From: a virus
Taxonomy: Duplodnaviria; Caudoviricetes
IMG/VR virus record: IMGVR_UViG_3300012665_000528
Location: 1-64,000 of that record
Reading direction: 5' to 3' (one strand)
Length of the DNA stretch: 64,000 nt
The position numbers and the translations under genes were made by a program. Every line of letters begins with the position of its first letter. The first letter of the stretch is position 1. Positions 37,401-44,578 of the stretch are shown here, piece by piece. The notes beneath the pieces are model-generated. The model saw only the letters and a program-made list of their open reading frames with translations. It was not told where the DNA came from and made no database searches.

Positions 37401-39477
37401 CTCACTACTTGCACAAGGAGTATACTTTAACAACACTTTAGTAGCAGCAGCAAACAATGACGTATTAGTAGGACTAGACATCAATCCTACGTTTACAAAT
37501 GGTGCGTTTACGGGGGTACAGAATTGGGGTCTTAGAGTACAAAGTTCAAATATACTTTTAAGTACTACTAAAGGAATTTATTTTGGAAACTCAGGTTATG
37601 GTATTACTGGAGAAGTAGGACTTGGTTCTTTAAGTTTTTATACCAACTCAACCGAAAGACTTAAGATTGATAACGCAGGAGCAATTACTGCTGGAGGTAC
37701 TGGTCGTTTTGCTAGTATTTTTTTAACAGGTTCTAACATTCAACTGTTAAATGGATTATGGTATTTTAACATTGAAAATGATGGTAATGGTCTTCAAGTA
37801 AAAAACGTTACTGGAAGCAACACTGTACCGTTTAGAATATTTAAAACAGATAACGTAGCAATAGGAACAACCACAGACTCAGGATACAAACTAGATGTAA
37901 ATGGTAGTAGTAGGGTAAAAGGCTTGGATAATAGTTCTTCAACTACAGCATTTTTAGTACAGAACACGGGAGGATGGGATAATTTAAAAGTAACTAACGA
38001 TGGACAGGTTTCAATTGGTGGTAATGGATTGACAACTTTTCCTTTGCTAGTTTATGGGAATAGCGGTTTACAGATACGAGTTGGTAACAGTTTTTTTTCT
38101 TACGATGCAGTCAGAACAATTCGTTTTATAAATTCAAATAACGGAATACCTTTAAATCATGAAGTTGTTAACCAAGTATCATCAACTGATAATTCAAATT
38201 ATGTATATTTTAGAAATCAAACTATACAAACGGCAGGTTCAACTGCTCCTTGGAAAGGTATTTCTATTGAAACTCCTGTTAACACGCAAACTTCAGCAAT
38301 AGTTACGCAACTTTCAATTACACCAACGTATGATCTACAAGCAAATACAACAAGTGCATCTATTCAAAGGGGCATATATTATAACCCCACAATTACAACA
38401 TTACAAACTGCAATACACAGAGCAATAGAGACAACTAGTGGTGATGTAATATTCAATACACAGACAGCAACAACCAACGCAGGGCATACCACTATGGCAA
38501 TCGGTGGTAGCACTGGAGTTTATTTACAAATGTACGTAGGTACAAATCCAGCAGCACAAACACTAAGAGGACAAATCTGGGCAGTAGGAAATAACTTACT
38601 ATTTAATAACCCATCAACAGGGTATCTAGGGCTATATACGACTCTTTACAGTGGTATTACTGTTTGGCCAACTACGGGTAATGTTTATGTAGGAGCAAGT
38701 CCGTCAACGGATACTGGGTATAAGTTGGATGTGAGTGGTACGGCTAGAGTTAAAACTGACCTAAAGATTGAGACAGGGACCGGTGGCTTGACGATAGAGG
38801 GAGATGCATCTGGCTACCCTACTTTATCAATAAATACATTGCGCTCTGGCGTAGACAGAAGAAATTGGAAGTTTGCAACAGAGCAAGTTACCGTAGGTGA
38901 TTTTATTTTCTACAGAAGTTCTACAGGGGGCGGTGCTGCAAATACTGTTGTGTACGCTGTTTCTAAAGATGGTAATTTTGGGTTAGGCACGTCTTCTCCA
39001 TCTTACCCTTTCCACATCTCATCTGCTGCGGCTGCTAATATATACGGAACAGTTCAATCTACAAGTGCAAGTGGAACAGCAGCGTGGGTAGCCTTTAACG
39101 ACCAGAGCGATAACGTGGTTTATCGTGTATTTGGTTCTACTGTTGGTGGTACACAGTTTGGACAATCTCTAGTACGTAGTGCAAGCTTAATGGTTAACTT
39201 GGGAGGTGCTGGTAAGTTCTTAATCGGTAGCTATTCTGCTACAGACGTGGTATTTGGAACAAGTGACACAGCCAGATTACGCTTAGTTGACTCTACAGGA
39301 AACTTCTTAATAGGCACAATGACAGATGCTGGTAATAAACTAGAAGTAAGTGGGTCAATAAACGCCACAGACTACAAGGTCGGTAATGTGGCAGGTTGGA
39401 ATGGAATCATTAACATCCCTACTATGCCTCCTGTTATGATAACTGTAACTAATGGAATTATTACAAATGTTATGTAA
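34471..39477 (+). CDS. Modular tail fibre / receptor-binding protein
   Basis: 1668 aa, G/T/N/S-rich; five (I/V)G(T)xxxx(A/S/T)G(Y/N)KL(D/E)VxG linkers and several GIGTTSP motifs. Confidence 0.85.
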   Translation: MPSNPLLPQELLSFIQASAQNGINPPSLPSGYVYATPPTSDGHLYLRRFDAAYIQTGIIDPNRLGTGATGAGNLYLADDGVWKPVAGGGGGGDMYKATYDTDNSGIVDKAEALMTLGRNSTGAVLRKGTVIRIQGSTGHLPNFVKAQGNNDANSAQTFGVVAADINNNSDGYVIVQGTIDTLDTRSVATHPFTDVTLADGDILYLHPTIAGYLTNVKPSAPQHLVYVGVVTRTSPTNGTIVYRIQNGYELDEIHDVAISSKTNNDLLVYESASSLWKNKTFSAIFGGTPLVSVPTLDAVTTAGNTTTNAITVGGFTSNASSTIVGAAAGTIGTRVLTIEGSHPEIWFKDTFVGEPSFALSQYGSAFYFARTSSTGVFTSYAGAIVGARWSFGHGGNPTATVHIKGSDVLSSTKAFLVQNSSPSDLLTIWNDGAVGINTSTNAGYKLDVNGTARIVNKTNIGSETVSQGSLYIGHNGTAGGSNGTSTVFFVSQFGNYPYRLGAEGNGYDFYLRQANGGQGSINIDFSGLNSISYNITNTNVLNQSFGKSVVIDAKMSLNSYLAIGTRFGYSDSVTAGDSPLIFFRSMSGSYYDKTLDAAVTIRNGLPTVADNNITKNTAYWYRNGYIGIGTSTTLSATNTLKGAITINQGTTIGYQNLTPGSLSSVITSGTSATVTFTPNNGNGVPGYDIIVGTIITANGVSRRVTAVNYQSVTVDSAVDWSAGYNYTYRNPYVSIADGSTPIFDISPSGNVGIGTTSPTAKLHIKGTGDSSVWITTDDFNGGTNTGSVIRIGTRNSTGNTAGWIDTLNNGYSSYGNLMLNAFGGNVLIGTTTDAGYKLDVNGTMRVTGVASLSSIASQTTIVNGAVFNADTISFNIIGGRGNNQEGILNLTSTVGSYTPNFGGIKNMLNIGGNFTVGTSATGDVNFLNINPTINYPVGSSGTQRGIYINPTLTRVTNYKAIEVAQGVIVTTSPITAASLLAQGVYFNNTLVAAANNDVLVGLDINPTFTNGAFTGVQNWGLRVQSSNILLSTTKGIYFGNSGYGITGEVGLGSLSFYTNSTERLKIDNAGAITAGGTGRFASIFLTGSNIQLLNGLWYFNIENDGNGLQVKNVTGSNTVPFRIFKTDNVAIGTTTDSGYKLDVNGSSRVKGLDNSSSTTAFLVQNTGGWDNLKVTNDGQVSIGGNGLTTFPLLVYGNSGLQIRVGNSFFSYDAVRTIRFINSNNGIPLNHEVVNQVSSTDNSNYVYFRNQTIQTAGSTAPWKGISIETPVNTQTSAIVTQLSITPTYDLQANTTSASIQRGIYYNPTITTLQTAIHRAIETTSGDVIFNTQTATTNAGHTTMAIGGSTGVYLQMYVGTNPAAQTLRGQIWAVGNNLLFNNPSTGYLGLYTTLYSGITVWPTTGNVYVGASPSTDTGYKLDVSGTARVKTDLKIETGTGGLTIEGDASGYPTLSINTLRSGVDRRNWKFATEQVTVGDFIFYRSSTGGGAANTVVYAVSKDGNFGLGTSSPSYPFHISSAAAANIYGTVQSTSASGTAAWVAFNDQSDNVVYRVFGSTVGGTQFGQSLVRSASLMVNLGGAGKFLIGSYSATDVVFGTSDTARLRLVDSTGNFLIGTMTDAGNKLEVSGSINATDYKVGNVAGWNGIINIPTMPPVMITVTNGIITNVM
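35792..36999 (+). repeat. Identical 32-bp direct repeat in the tail fibre (35792-35823 and 36968-36999)
   Basis: ATGCAGGATATAAGTTAGATGTTAATGGGACT at both positions. Confidence 0.85.
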
Positions 39478-39508
39478 TCCCATCAATTGACTTTTTAACT
39501 TTAAGCAT

Positions 39509-39516
39509 TATATTTG
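39509..39516 (+). promoter_or_regulatory. Bacteroidota-type -7 element TATATTTG
   Basis: 5 nt upstream of ATG 39522. Confidence 0.65.
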
Positions 39517-39803
39517 TGATTATGATAAAGATTCAAGATGTAATCGTACCAACTAAAGGGACTGCAAAATACTTTAATGTTATTGCATTGAACTTCCCTA
39601 TGAATCCAACTTCTGTAACCTTCTATTGGCAGATCTTTTCTGAGGTCGAAGAGACAGAAGATGAGTTAGTTGTAAGCAAGCCAGGTTCTAGTCTAATGGA
39701 TGGTAATCTTGTTATGAACGCAGAGCAATATGCCTTGTGGTCTACTGATGACAGCTATGTTACTAACTGGGCTTTAGCAGAACTAGGATTTACTAAACTT
39801 TAA
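39516..39803 (+). CDS. Small tail-fibre-associated protein (likely start 39522)
   Basis: Directly downstream of the fibre gene. Confidence 0.65.
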   Translation: MIMIKIQDVIVPTKGTAKYFNVIALNFPMNPTSVTFYWQIFSEVEETEDELVVSKPGSSLMDGNLVMNAEQYALWSTDDSYVTNWALAELGFTKL

Positions 39804-39824
39804 TTAAATAAAAAACCAACCTAT

Positions 39825-40091
39825 ATGACCACTATTAATTTAAACAACCCACTTACTGACCTAAGTGGTAAAGAGATTGCAGATTCCAACATGGGAAGAA
39901 TCGTAGCTCAAATGCTAGTAACTGCAACTAAAGGAGATGCACTCAAGTTTATGGCTTGGGCTCTTAAGTTACATGCAGGAGAGTCTTTGGAGTTAGATCC
40001 TAGTGATATAGAAACTTTGAAGCATTTCGTTAAAGACCATGAGCAACTTACTATTCTTTCTAAAGCACAAATCTTAACGTGCTTTTCCTAA
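39825..40091 (+). CDS. Small tail-fibre-associated/chaperone-like protein
   Basis: ORF track; position. Confidence 0.65.
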   Translation: MTTINLNNPLTDLSGKEIADSNMGRIVAQMLVTATKGDALKFMAWALKLHAGESLELDPSDIETLKHFVKDHEQLTILSKAQILTCFS

Positions 40092-40125
40092 AACACCCCG
40101 CCATTGTTTTTAGGTCGTTGCTCAG

Positions 40126-40151
40126 AACCCCTCTTCGTGAGGGGTTTTTTT
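40126..40151. terminator. Terminator at convergence of the fibre and lysis operons
   Basis: AACCCCTC-TTCGT-GAGGGGTT + T run. Confidence 0.8.
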
Positions 40152-40155
40152 ATTC

Positions 40156-40437
40156 TTAGGCAGTAGGAAGTTCTCTTAAGTATAAAACCTTTGGCTCTTC
40201 TACATGTTCTGTGAAGACAACCTGTAGTCCTTCTATTGAGAGTATCTTTACTTCAAAGATTATATCCTCTGATATGTCTTCTACTAACTTAAATAACTCT
40301 TTAATTAGAATTACATACTGTTCTTTAGTTAAAAGAATAGCATTAGGGTATACACCCTTTTGTCTGTTTAACCCCACGTCTTTCTCAGAATCAAGATAGT
40401 AGGAGTTGATTGCTTTTTGTACTTCGTATAGGTTCAT
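40156..40437 (-). CDS. Hypothetical protein, last gene of the lysis operon
   Basis: ORF track. Confidence 0.65.
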   Translation of the reverse strand: MNLYEVQKAINSYYLDSEKDVGLNRQKGVYPNAILLTKEQYVILIKELFKLVEDISEDIIFEVKILSIEGLQVVFTEHVEEPKVLYLRELPTA

Positions 40438-40448
40438 GACAGTGCTTT

Positions 40449-41081
40449 TTACTGCACCTTATACTTAGTGTAATCTGTAGTAGCGGGTGCTTCGTTTGCA
40501 AAGTAATACACTTCTTTTTTATTTCCAAACTTTATGGTCTTATAAAAGGCAGTAGGTATAGTTGCACCTGTTGGTAGTTTAGCTGCTTTAGGGCCATAGA
40601 TAACCCTTATCTCTACTTCTACTTTAGTTGTCTTAGCCAACTCTCTCTCGTAAGCTTCAAGTAATCTCCAAGCACCTCTGTTAAGTTTCTCGTGTTGTAA
40701 GATACAATTCAAGTAAGAGAACGTCTGCCACAGAGTCTCTCTGGTACAGTTAAAGTCAGCAGCTGGAGCACAGTGTCCTTTGTCCCAAACATTTCCTTCA
40801 TAATCCTTACCATCAGATGTCTTTACACTATCGTTAGTGTAGAAGTCCATTCCTTTACGAGGATAAGAACCTGTAGGGCATTGTACCGTGTACCACACAC
40901 GTTTAGGTTGTTGCAGAATCTCAGAATAAACACAAGAATAGATCGGTGTTTTAATCAACACGCTGTCTCTTTGAGCACTTAGAAAGGTGGTAACAAAGAG
41001 GAATAAAGATAAAGTAAAGTTTTTCATACACAAATGTATGTTATAAATCCATTCTTTCCTTCTTAGCAAAATGCTGGTCAA
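40449..41081 (-). CDS. Secreted DNA/RNA non-specific endonuclease (NucA/EndA-like, His-Me finger); likely start 41027
   Basis: Signal MKNFTLSLFLFVTTFLSA|Q; WDKGH, LNRGAWRLLE, IPTAFYK. Confidence 0.88.
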   Translation of the reverse strand: MTSILLRRKEWIYNIHLCMKNFTLSLFLFVTTFLSAQRDSVLIKTPIYSCVYSEILQQPKRVWYTVQCPTGSYPRKGMDFYTNDSVKTSDGKDYEGNVWDKGHCAPAADFNCTRETLWQTFSYLNCILQHEKLNRGAWRLLEAYERELAKTTKVEVEIRVIYGPKAAKLPTGATIPTAFYKTIKFGNKKEVYYFANEAPATTDYTKYKVQ

Positions 41082-41190
41082 AGAAAAAACTCAAACCAAA
41101 GGCCATAATAATAATCATAGAAGCATTAAAGAAGCATACGATGTATACCTCTGCTACTTTTGCCCACTCTTGTATAGATAGTAGTATCAT
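41041..41190 (-). CDS. 49-aa single-TM protein (not in ORF track)
   Basis: MILLSIQEWAKVAEVYIVCFFNASMIIIMAFGLSFFFDQHFAKKERMDL*; ATGA overlap at 41187-41190. Confidence 0.65.
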   Translation of the reverse strand: MILLSIQEWAKVAEVYIVCFFNASMIIIMAFGLSFFFDQHFAKKERMDL

Positions 41191-41744
41191 TTTCTTGAAT
41201 CTTTAGAATCTGTTATGTGCTTGACTCCCATTATCGTTCCGATAATAGAAAAACAGTTAGTTAGAATTATACCAAACATATTACTCCAGGTACTCTCAAT
41301 GATCTTAGAGTCTAATCCTTTGCTTAATACGTAAAGATAAAGTACAGTTGTAAATACACAGACAGCAGCTACAGCTCCTAACGCTACTTTTACTATCAAT
41401 CCTATGAGTTCAAACTGAGTCTTCTTCTGAAGGGTCTCTAAATCATCTAGGGCTACTTCTCTTAACTTCTCAGACTCAGACAAAGCTCGTTTCAATTCAA
41501 GCATTAACTTCTCTTTCTCTGCTTGACTATCTATTAGGTCTTTGTTCTGGGACTGTACTTGCTTGGTTACTTCTAGTCTTTTTCTACGAGTGTCTTGGTC
41601 TTTGGTCTTAGCCTCGTCTAAGTAGTCTTGAAAGTCTTTATCTTGAGTTTTTACTACTTTAAGTAAGTTCCCCTCTAGTGCAATCTTCTTAGATTTGTAG
41701 AGGGAGACAAGAGAGCTTTCAATATCTTTACCAAAGGATATCAC
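41187..41744 (-). CDS. Coiled-coil + two C-terminal TM protein coupled to the response regulator
   Basis: Charged helical N-part; hydrophobic LIGLIVKVALG...YVL and MFGIILTNCFSIIGTIMGV. Confidence 0.8.
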   Translation of the reverse strand: MISFGKDIESSLVSLYKSKKIALEGNLLKVVKTQDKDFQDYLDEAKTKDQDTRRKRLEVTKQVQSQNKDLIDSQAEKEKLMLELKRALSESEKLREVALDDLETLQKKTQFELIGLIVKVALGAVAAVCVFTTVLYLYVLSKGLDSKIIESTWSNMFGIILTNCFSIIGTIMGVKHITDSKDSRK

Positions 41745-42178
41745 TTATATACTTTAAAGGGAGCAGTTTTACTCTTATACCCGTCGTAGTCCTTACGGAA
41801 GGCTTCTAGTCTAGGTTCAATCTCATCTGACTTAATTATCCAGAACTGAGCACCAACAGCTTTTGCTTTCTCTATCTCCTGTTTATCATCAGAAGAAGAA
41901 ATAATCCCTATCACTACACCATTGCCGTACTCAAAGTTAATCTTACGAATCAATTCTATGCCGTCAAAAGACGAACCTATAATATTAAGGTCAACAAATA
42001 CGCAGTCAGGCTTCTCTTCCATAGGGCCTTCCTGAAACCACTTCTTAAATAGTTTATCAGCTTCATCAGAAGAAGTTAAACTCTGCAAACTTAAAGTAAT
42101 GTCTAACAGACTGCAAGAGTCTTCAAACACTAGGTGGAATAAGTCTTCATCGTCTACAAGTAATATTGAGTCTATCAT
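41741..42178 (-). CDS. Single-domain response regulator (REC, CheY/Rcp1-like)
   Basis: LLVDDED acidic pocket, phosphoacceptor D63 (FVDLN), S94, K116; no output domain. Confidence 0.93.
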   Translation of the reverse strand: MIDSILLVDDEDLFHLVFEDSCSLLDITLSLQSLTSSDEADKLFKKWFQEGPMEEKPDCVFVDLNIIGSSFDGIELIRKINFEYGNGVVIGIISSSDDKQEIEKAKAVGAQFWIIKSDEIEPRLEAFRKDYDGYKSKTAPFKVYK

Positions 42179-43368
42179 TTTATTTTTATCTTAAGTTTAG
42201 TTCCTGATTCTAGTTTCTCTGCAAATACTTCAAACTTATGCTCTTCCATAATTGCAGTACATATATTTAGTCCAAGACCTGTTCCTGTTTCTTTCTGCCC
42301 TTCTTTTCTTTTATAGGGCTGAGACCACTGGATTAAGTCTTCTTGAGACATTCCCCTACCGTTGTCTTGAATGATTAGGTAATCTCCCTCTACAAAGATA
42401 CGCACTAACTTAGTACCTGAATCGTTGTACTTGAGTCCGTTCCTAATAAGGTTGTCTACAGCTGTACAGAACAAAGACTCGTTAACTTCAATCTCTGGTA
42501 ACTCTTCTATAACTACTTGTTTCTCGTAAGAGGTAGAAGACAAGTAGCTGTGTAGGATATCTTTAAGGTTGTGTAACTTAAGTTCTAGGTGAGCATCTTG
42601 CTTAACCAAGTTAGTAAATTCTTTAACTCCATTATACACCTTTTGAGTATGAGTCAACCCTTCCTCTATCATTCTTAACGGAGCGTCTATCTTTAACTCT
42701 TTAATCTGCTCCTCAGTCAGTCTTCTCTTTAAGGAAGAAAGTCCACGAGGAATGTAAGTGTTGATTCCAGAGTGCATGTCATGTCTTAAAATTTTAGCAG
42801 CGTGTTCTAAGTAAGAATTTTTCTTAGCAATCTCTGCTTCAATCTTTTTCTTCTCAGTAATCTCAGTAGCAATTAAAAGGATTTTGTAAACCTCTCCATA
42901 GGGATCTTTGATAGGGTTAAAGTTCCCGTACAGCCAAACTCCATTACAGTTATACTCTCCTTGTTTAAAGTAACCTATCCTTAAGTGTGTCCAGAACTCC
43001 TTCCACTCTTTCATAGGAGAATCGTCTACATCTCTGTGACTTGTTATTTCTCCAAAGAGTTTCTTAAATTTAGCGTTAGCATTAAGTATCTCTCCGTAAG
43101 TATCAAACTCTACCAGTATATTACTAGAGTTAATTGCATGAAAGGTAGCGTCAATGCTTTGAAACTTATACCTAGCCTTCCTGACAAACTCAATACAACC
43201 AAAGAAAAAGAATGGTAAGAAAGCTACCACTAACCAAAACTCTAAGATTGCCTTTTCGTAATCTAACGAGTTGTACTTTAGTACAACTGTAGACTTAGTA
43301 TAAAGTAGACAAAGCATGAGTATGCCCGCTACTACTATACTTATTCTAGCTCTTGTGCTTAACTGCAT
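42175..43368 (-). CDS. Membrane sensor histidine kinase (2 TM - PAS - HisKA - HATPase_c)
   Basis: H-box LRHD (H196), N-box DNLIRNGLKYN, G1 QDNGRGM, G2 GTGLGL; PAS segment VEFDTYGEILNAN...FW..L..G...YGNFNPIKD...ATEIT. Confidence 0.95.
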   Translation of the reverse strand: MQLSTRARISIVVAGILMLCLLYTKSTVVLKYNSLDYEKAILEFWLVVAFLPFFFFGCIEFVRKARYKFQSIDATFHAINSSNILVEFDTYGEILNANAKFKKLFGEITSHRDVDDSPMKEWKEFWTHLRIGYFKQGEYNCNGVWLYGNFNPIKDPYGEVYKILLIATEITEKKKIEAEIAKKNSYLEHAAKILRHDMHSGINTYIPRGLSSLKRRLTEEQIKELKIDAPLRMIEEGLTHTQKVYNGVKEFTNLVKQDAHLELKLHNLKDILHSYLSSTSYEKQVVIEELPEIEVNESLFCTAVDNLIRNGLKYNDSGTKLVRIFVEGDYLIIQDNGRGMSQEDLIQWSQPYKRKEGQKETGTGLGLNICTAIMEEHKFEVFAEKLESGTKLKIKIK

Positions 43369-43371
43369 ACA

Positions 43372-43761
43372 TTATAAGATAAAGCTAAATATAGCTAACA
43401 AGGACATACCCAAGAATCCGTACTTATACATCTTCATCTCAAGGTTCTTGCGGTCTATCACACGATTAAGTCTAGTTACTTCTTTCTTTGACTCTTCTAC
43501 CATAACCTGATAGTTAGGGACAATAGAATCCCTATACAAATTAATTTGTTGACTGTCTAAATGGATTACGTTCTTAAGAACAACTACTCTCTCTCTGGCT
43601 TTGATACCTTTGAGGAATTCGTTATTCAACTCCTTTAGCGGTAAGCTGTCTAGAGATTGTGAGTAAGAACTTTGTGCCGTCAATATCAGGCATAGTGTCA
43701 AGAGCAATCTGAATAGTGTCATACTTGAGGTTGATTTTTTCATAGTAACTAAATTGTTCAT
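43372..43761 (-). CDS. Spanin-like protein: signal peptide, coiled coil, C-terminal TM
   Basis: MTLFRLLLTLCLILTAQSSYS|Q; ends GFLGMSLLAIFSFIL; overlaps the upstream gene out of frame. Confidence 0.55.
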   Translation of the reverse strand: MNNLVTMKKSTSSMTLFRLLLTLCLILTAQSSYSQSLDSLPLKELNNEFLKGIKARERVVVLKNVIHLDSQQINLYRDSIVPNYQVMVEESKKEVTRLNRVIDRKNLEMKMYKYGFLGMSLLAIFSFIL

Positions 43762-43942
43762 GTTTAAGTGTAGATAAAGAATCTACCCTACTGAGGAAAC
43801 TTTCGTTGCGTTTCTCCATAGAGTCCATGTAAGACATAAACTTCTCTTCACTACCGCTACTTAAGCTTTGTCTTTCCCATAACAAAAAAGCTACTGTGAT
43901 TAGTAGTAGCCCTATAACAATAACTTCAATCTTGTTTTTCAT
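43622..43942 (-). CDS. i-spanin (Rz)-like: N-terminal TM + coiled coil
   Basis: IEVIVIGLLLITVAFLLW then helical region; follows the holin. Confidence 0.55.
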   Translation of the reverse strand: MKNKIEVIVIGLLLITVAFLLWERQSLSSGSEEKFMSYMDSMEKRNESFLSRVDSLSTLKHEQFSYYEKINLKYDTIQIALDTMPDIDGTKFLLTISRQLTAKGVE

Positions 43943-44345
43943 TTACTTTATGTTGGTCGATTTTATCTAAGATTAACTGCAGTAACTCATTCTTTATGAA
44001 GCCTGCCCTAGCTGCGTTCTTGAGTGCACTTATAAGCTGAAAGAGAATAAAGGGAGCACAGATAGTCTCACTTAACCAGAAAGTACCTTCAAAGCCCTTC
44101 TCAATCATTAAAATACCTGTAAGCATAAATACCCACACCATTAAAGTTTTAAGCACGCTAAGAGCTTTATGTGTCTTAAAGCCTTCCAGCTTAGTTCCTG
44201 CCCATACCCCAAAGAATCCATCTATAAACACAACAGCAACTACAGCTAAGTATTGTTCAGCATTATCTGCTCCTAGATTAAGGAAGTAAGCTCCTAAAAA
44301 AGCTAAGAGAGTTGTACCTGTGTATAAGAGGAAAGAGGTCTTCAT
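43926..44345 (-). CDS. Phage holin (multi-TM, holin_4_1-like)
   Basis: YLAVVAVVFIDGFFGVWAG, ISALKNAARAG, basic C-terminus. Confidence 0.75.
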   Translation of the reverse strand: MKTSFLLYTGTTLLAFLGAYFLNLGADNAEQYLAVVAVVFIDGFFGVWAGTKLEGFKTHKALSVLKTLMVWVFMLTGILMIEKGFEGTFWLSETICAPFILFQLISALKNAARAGFIKNELLQLILDKIDQHKVNEKQD

Positions 44346-44578
44346 TATTCAGTAGTAGTAATAGGCGGGTATGTAGTATTAAATACAGTTTGTAGTTCTG
44401 TTATCCAAGCCTTCTCATCTGTTGTTTGATATAGTTCAGGTTGACCGCTTGTCATTTGTTGGTCTGGATCAACATAACCATAATTAAAAATACTCGTATC
44501 AGTATAGGTGATAAAGTATGTTCTCTGTGTTGGGAATTTTATCTCACTCATTATATACCTCCGTCTGTTATTGTCCAA
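44345..44578 (-). CDS. Hypothetical protein (likely start 44551)
   Basis: TAATG coupling to both neighbours. Confidence 0.65.
   Translation of the reverse strand: MDNNRRRYIMSEIKFPTQRTYFITYTDTSIFNYGYVDPDQQMTSGQPELYQTTDEKAWITELQTVFNTTYPPITTTE

Noticed and set aside
34471-39477. Diversity-generating retroelement or invertible tail-fibre switch
   Set aside because: No reverse transcriptase, no TR/VR pair with A-specific mismatches, no invertase; the repeats are direct in-frame linkers.
41741-43368. Bacterial contamination or chimeric join as the source of the two-component genes
   Set aside because: Genes are overlap-coupled or within 3 nt of phage membrane/lysis genes on both sides with no visible junction or IS; read-level confirmation is still advisable.
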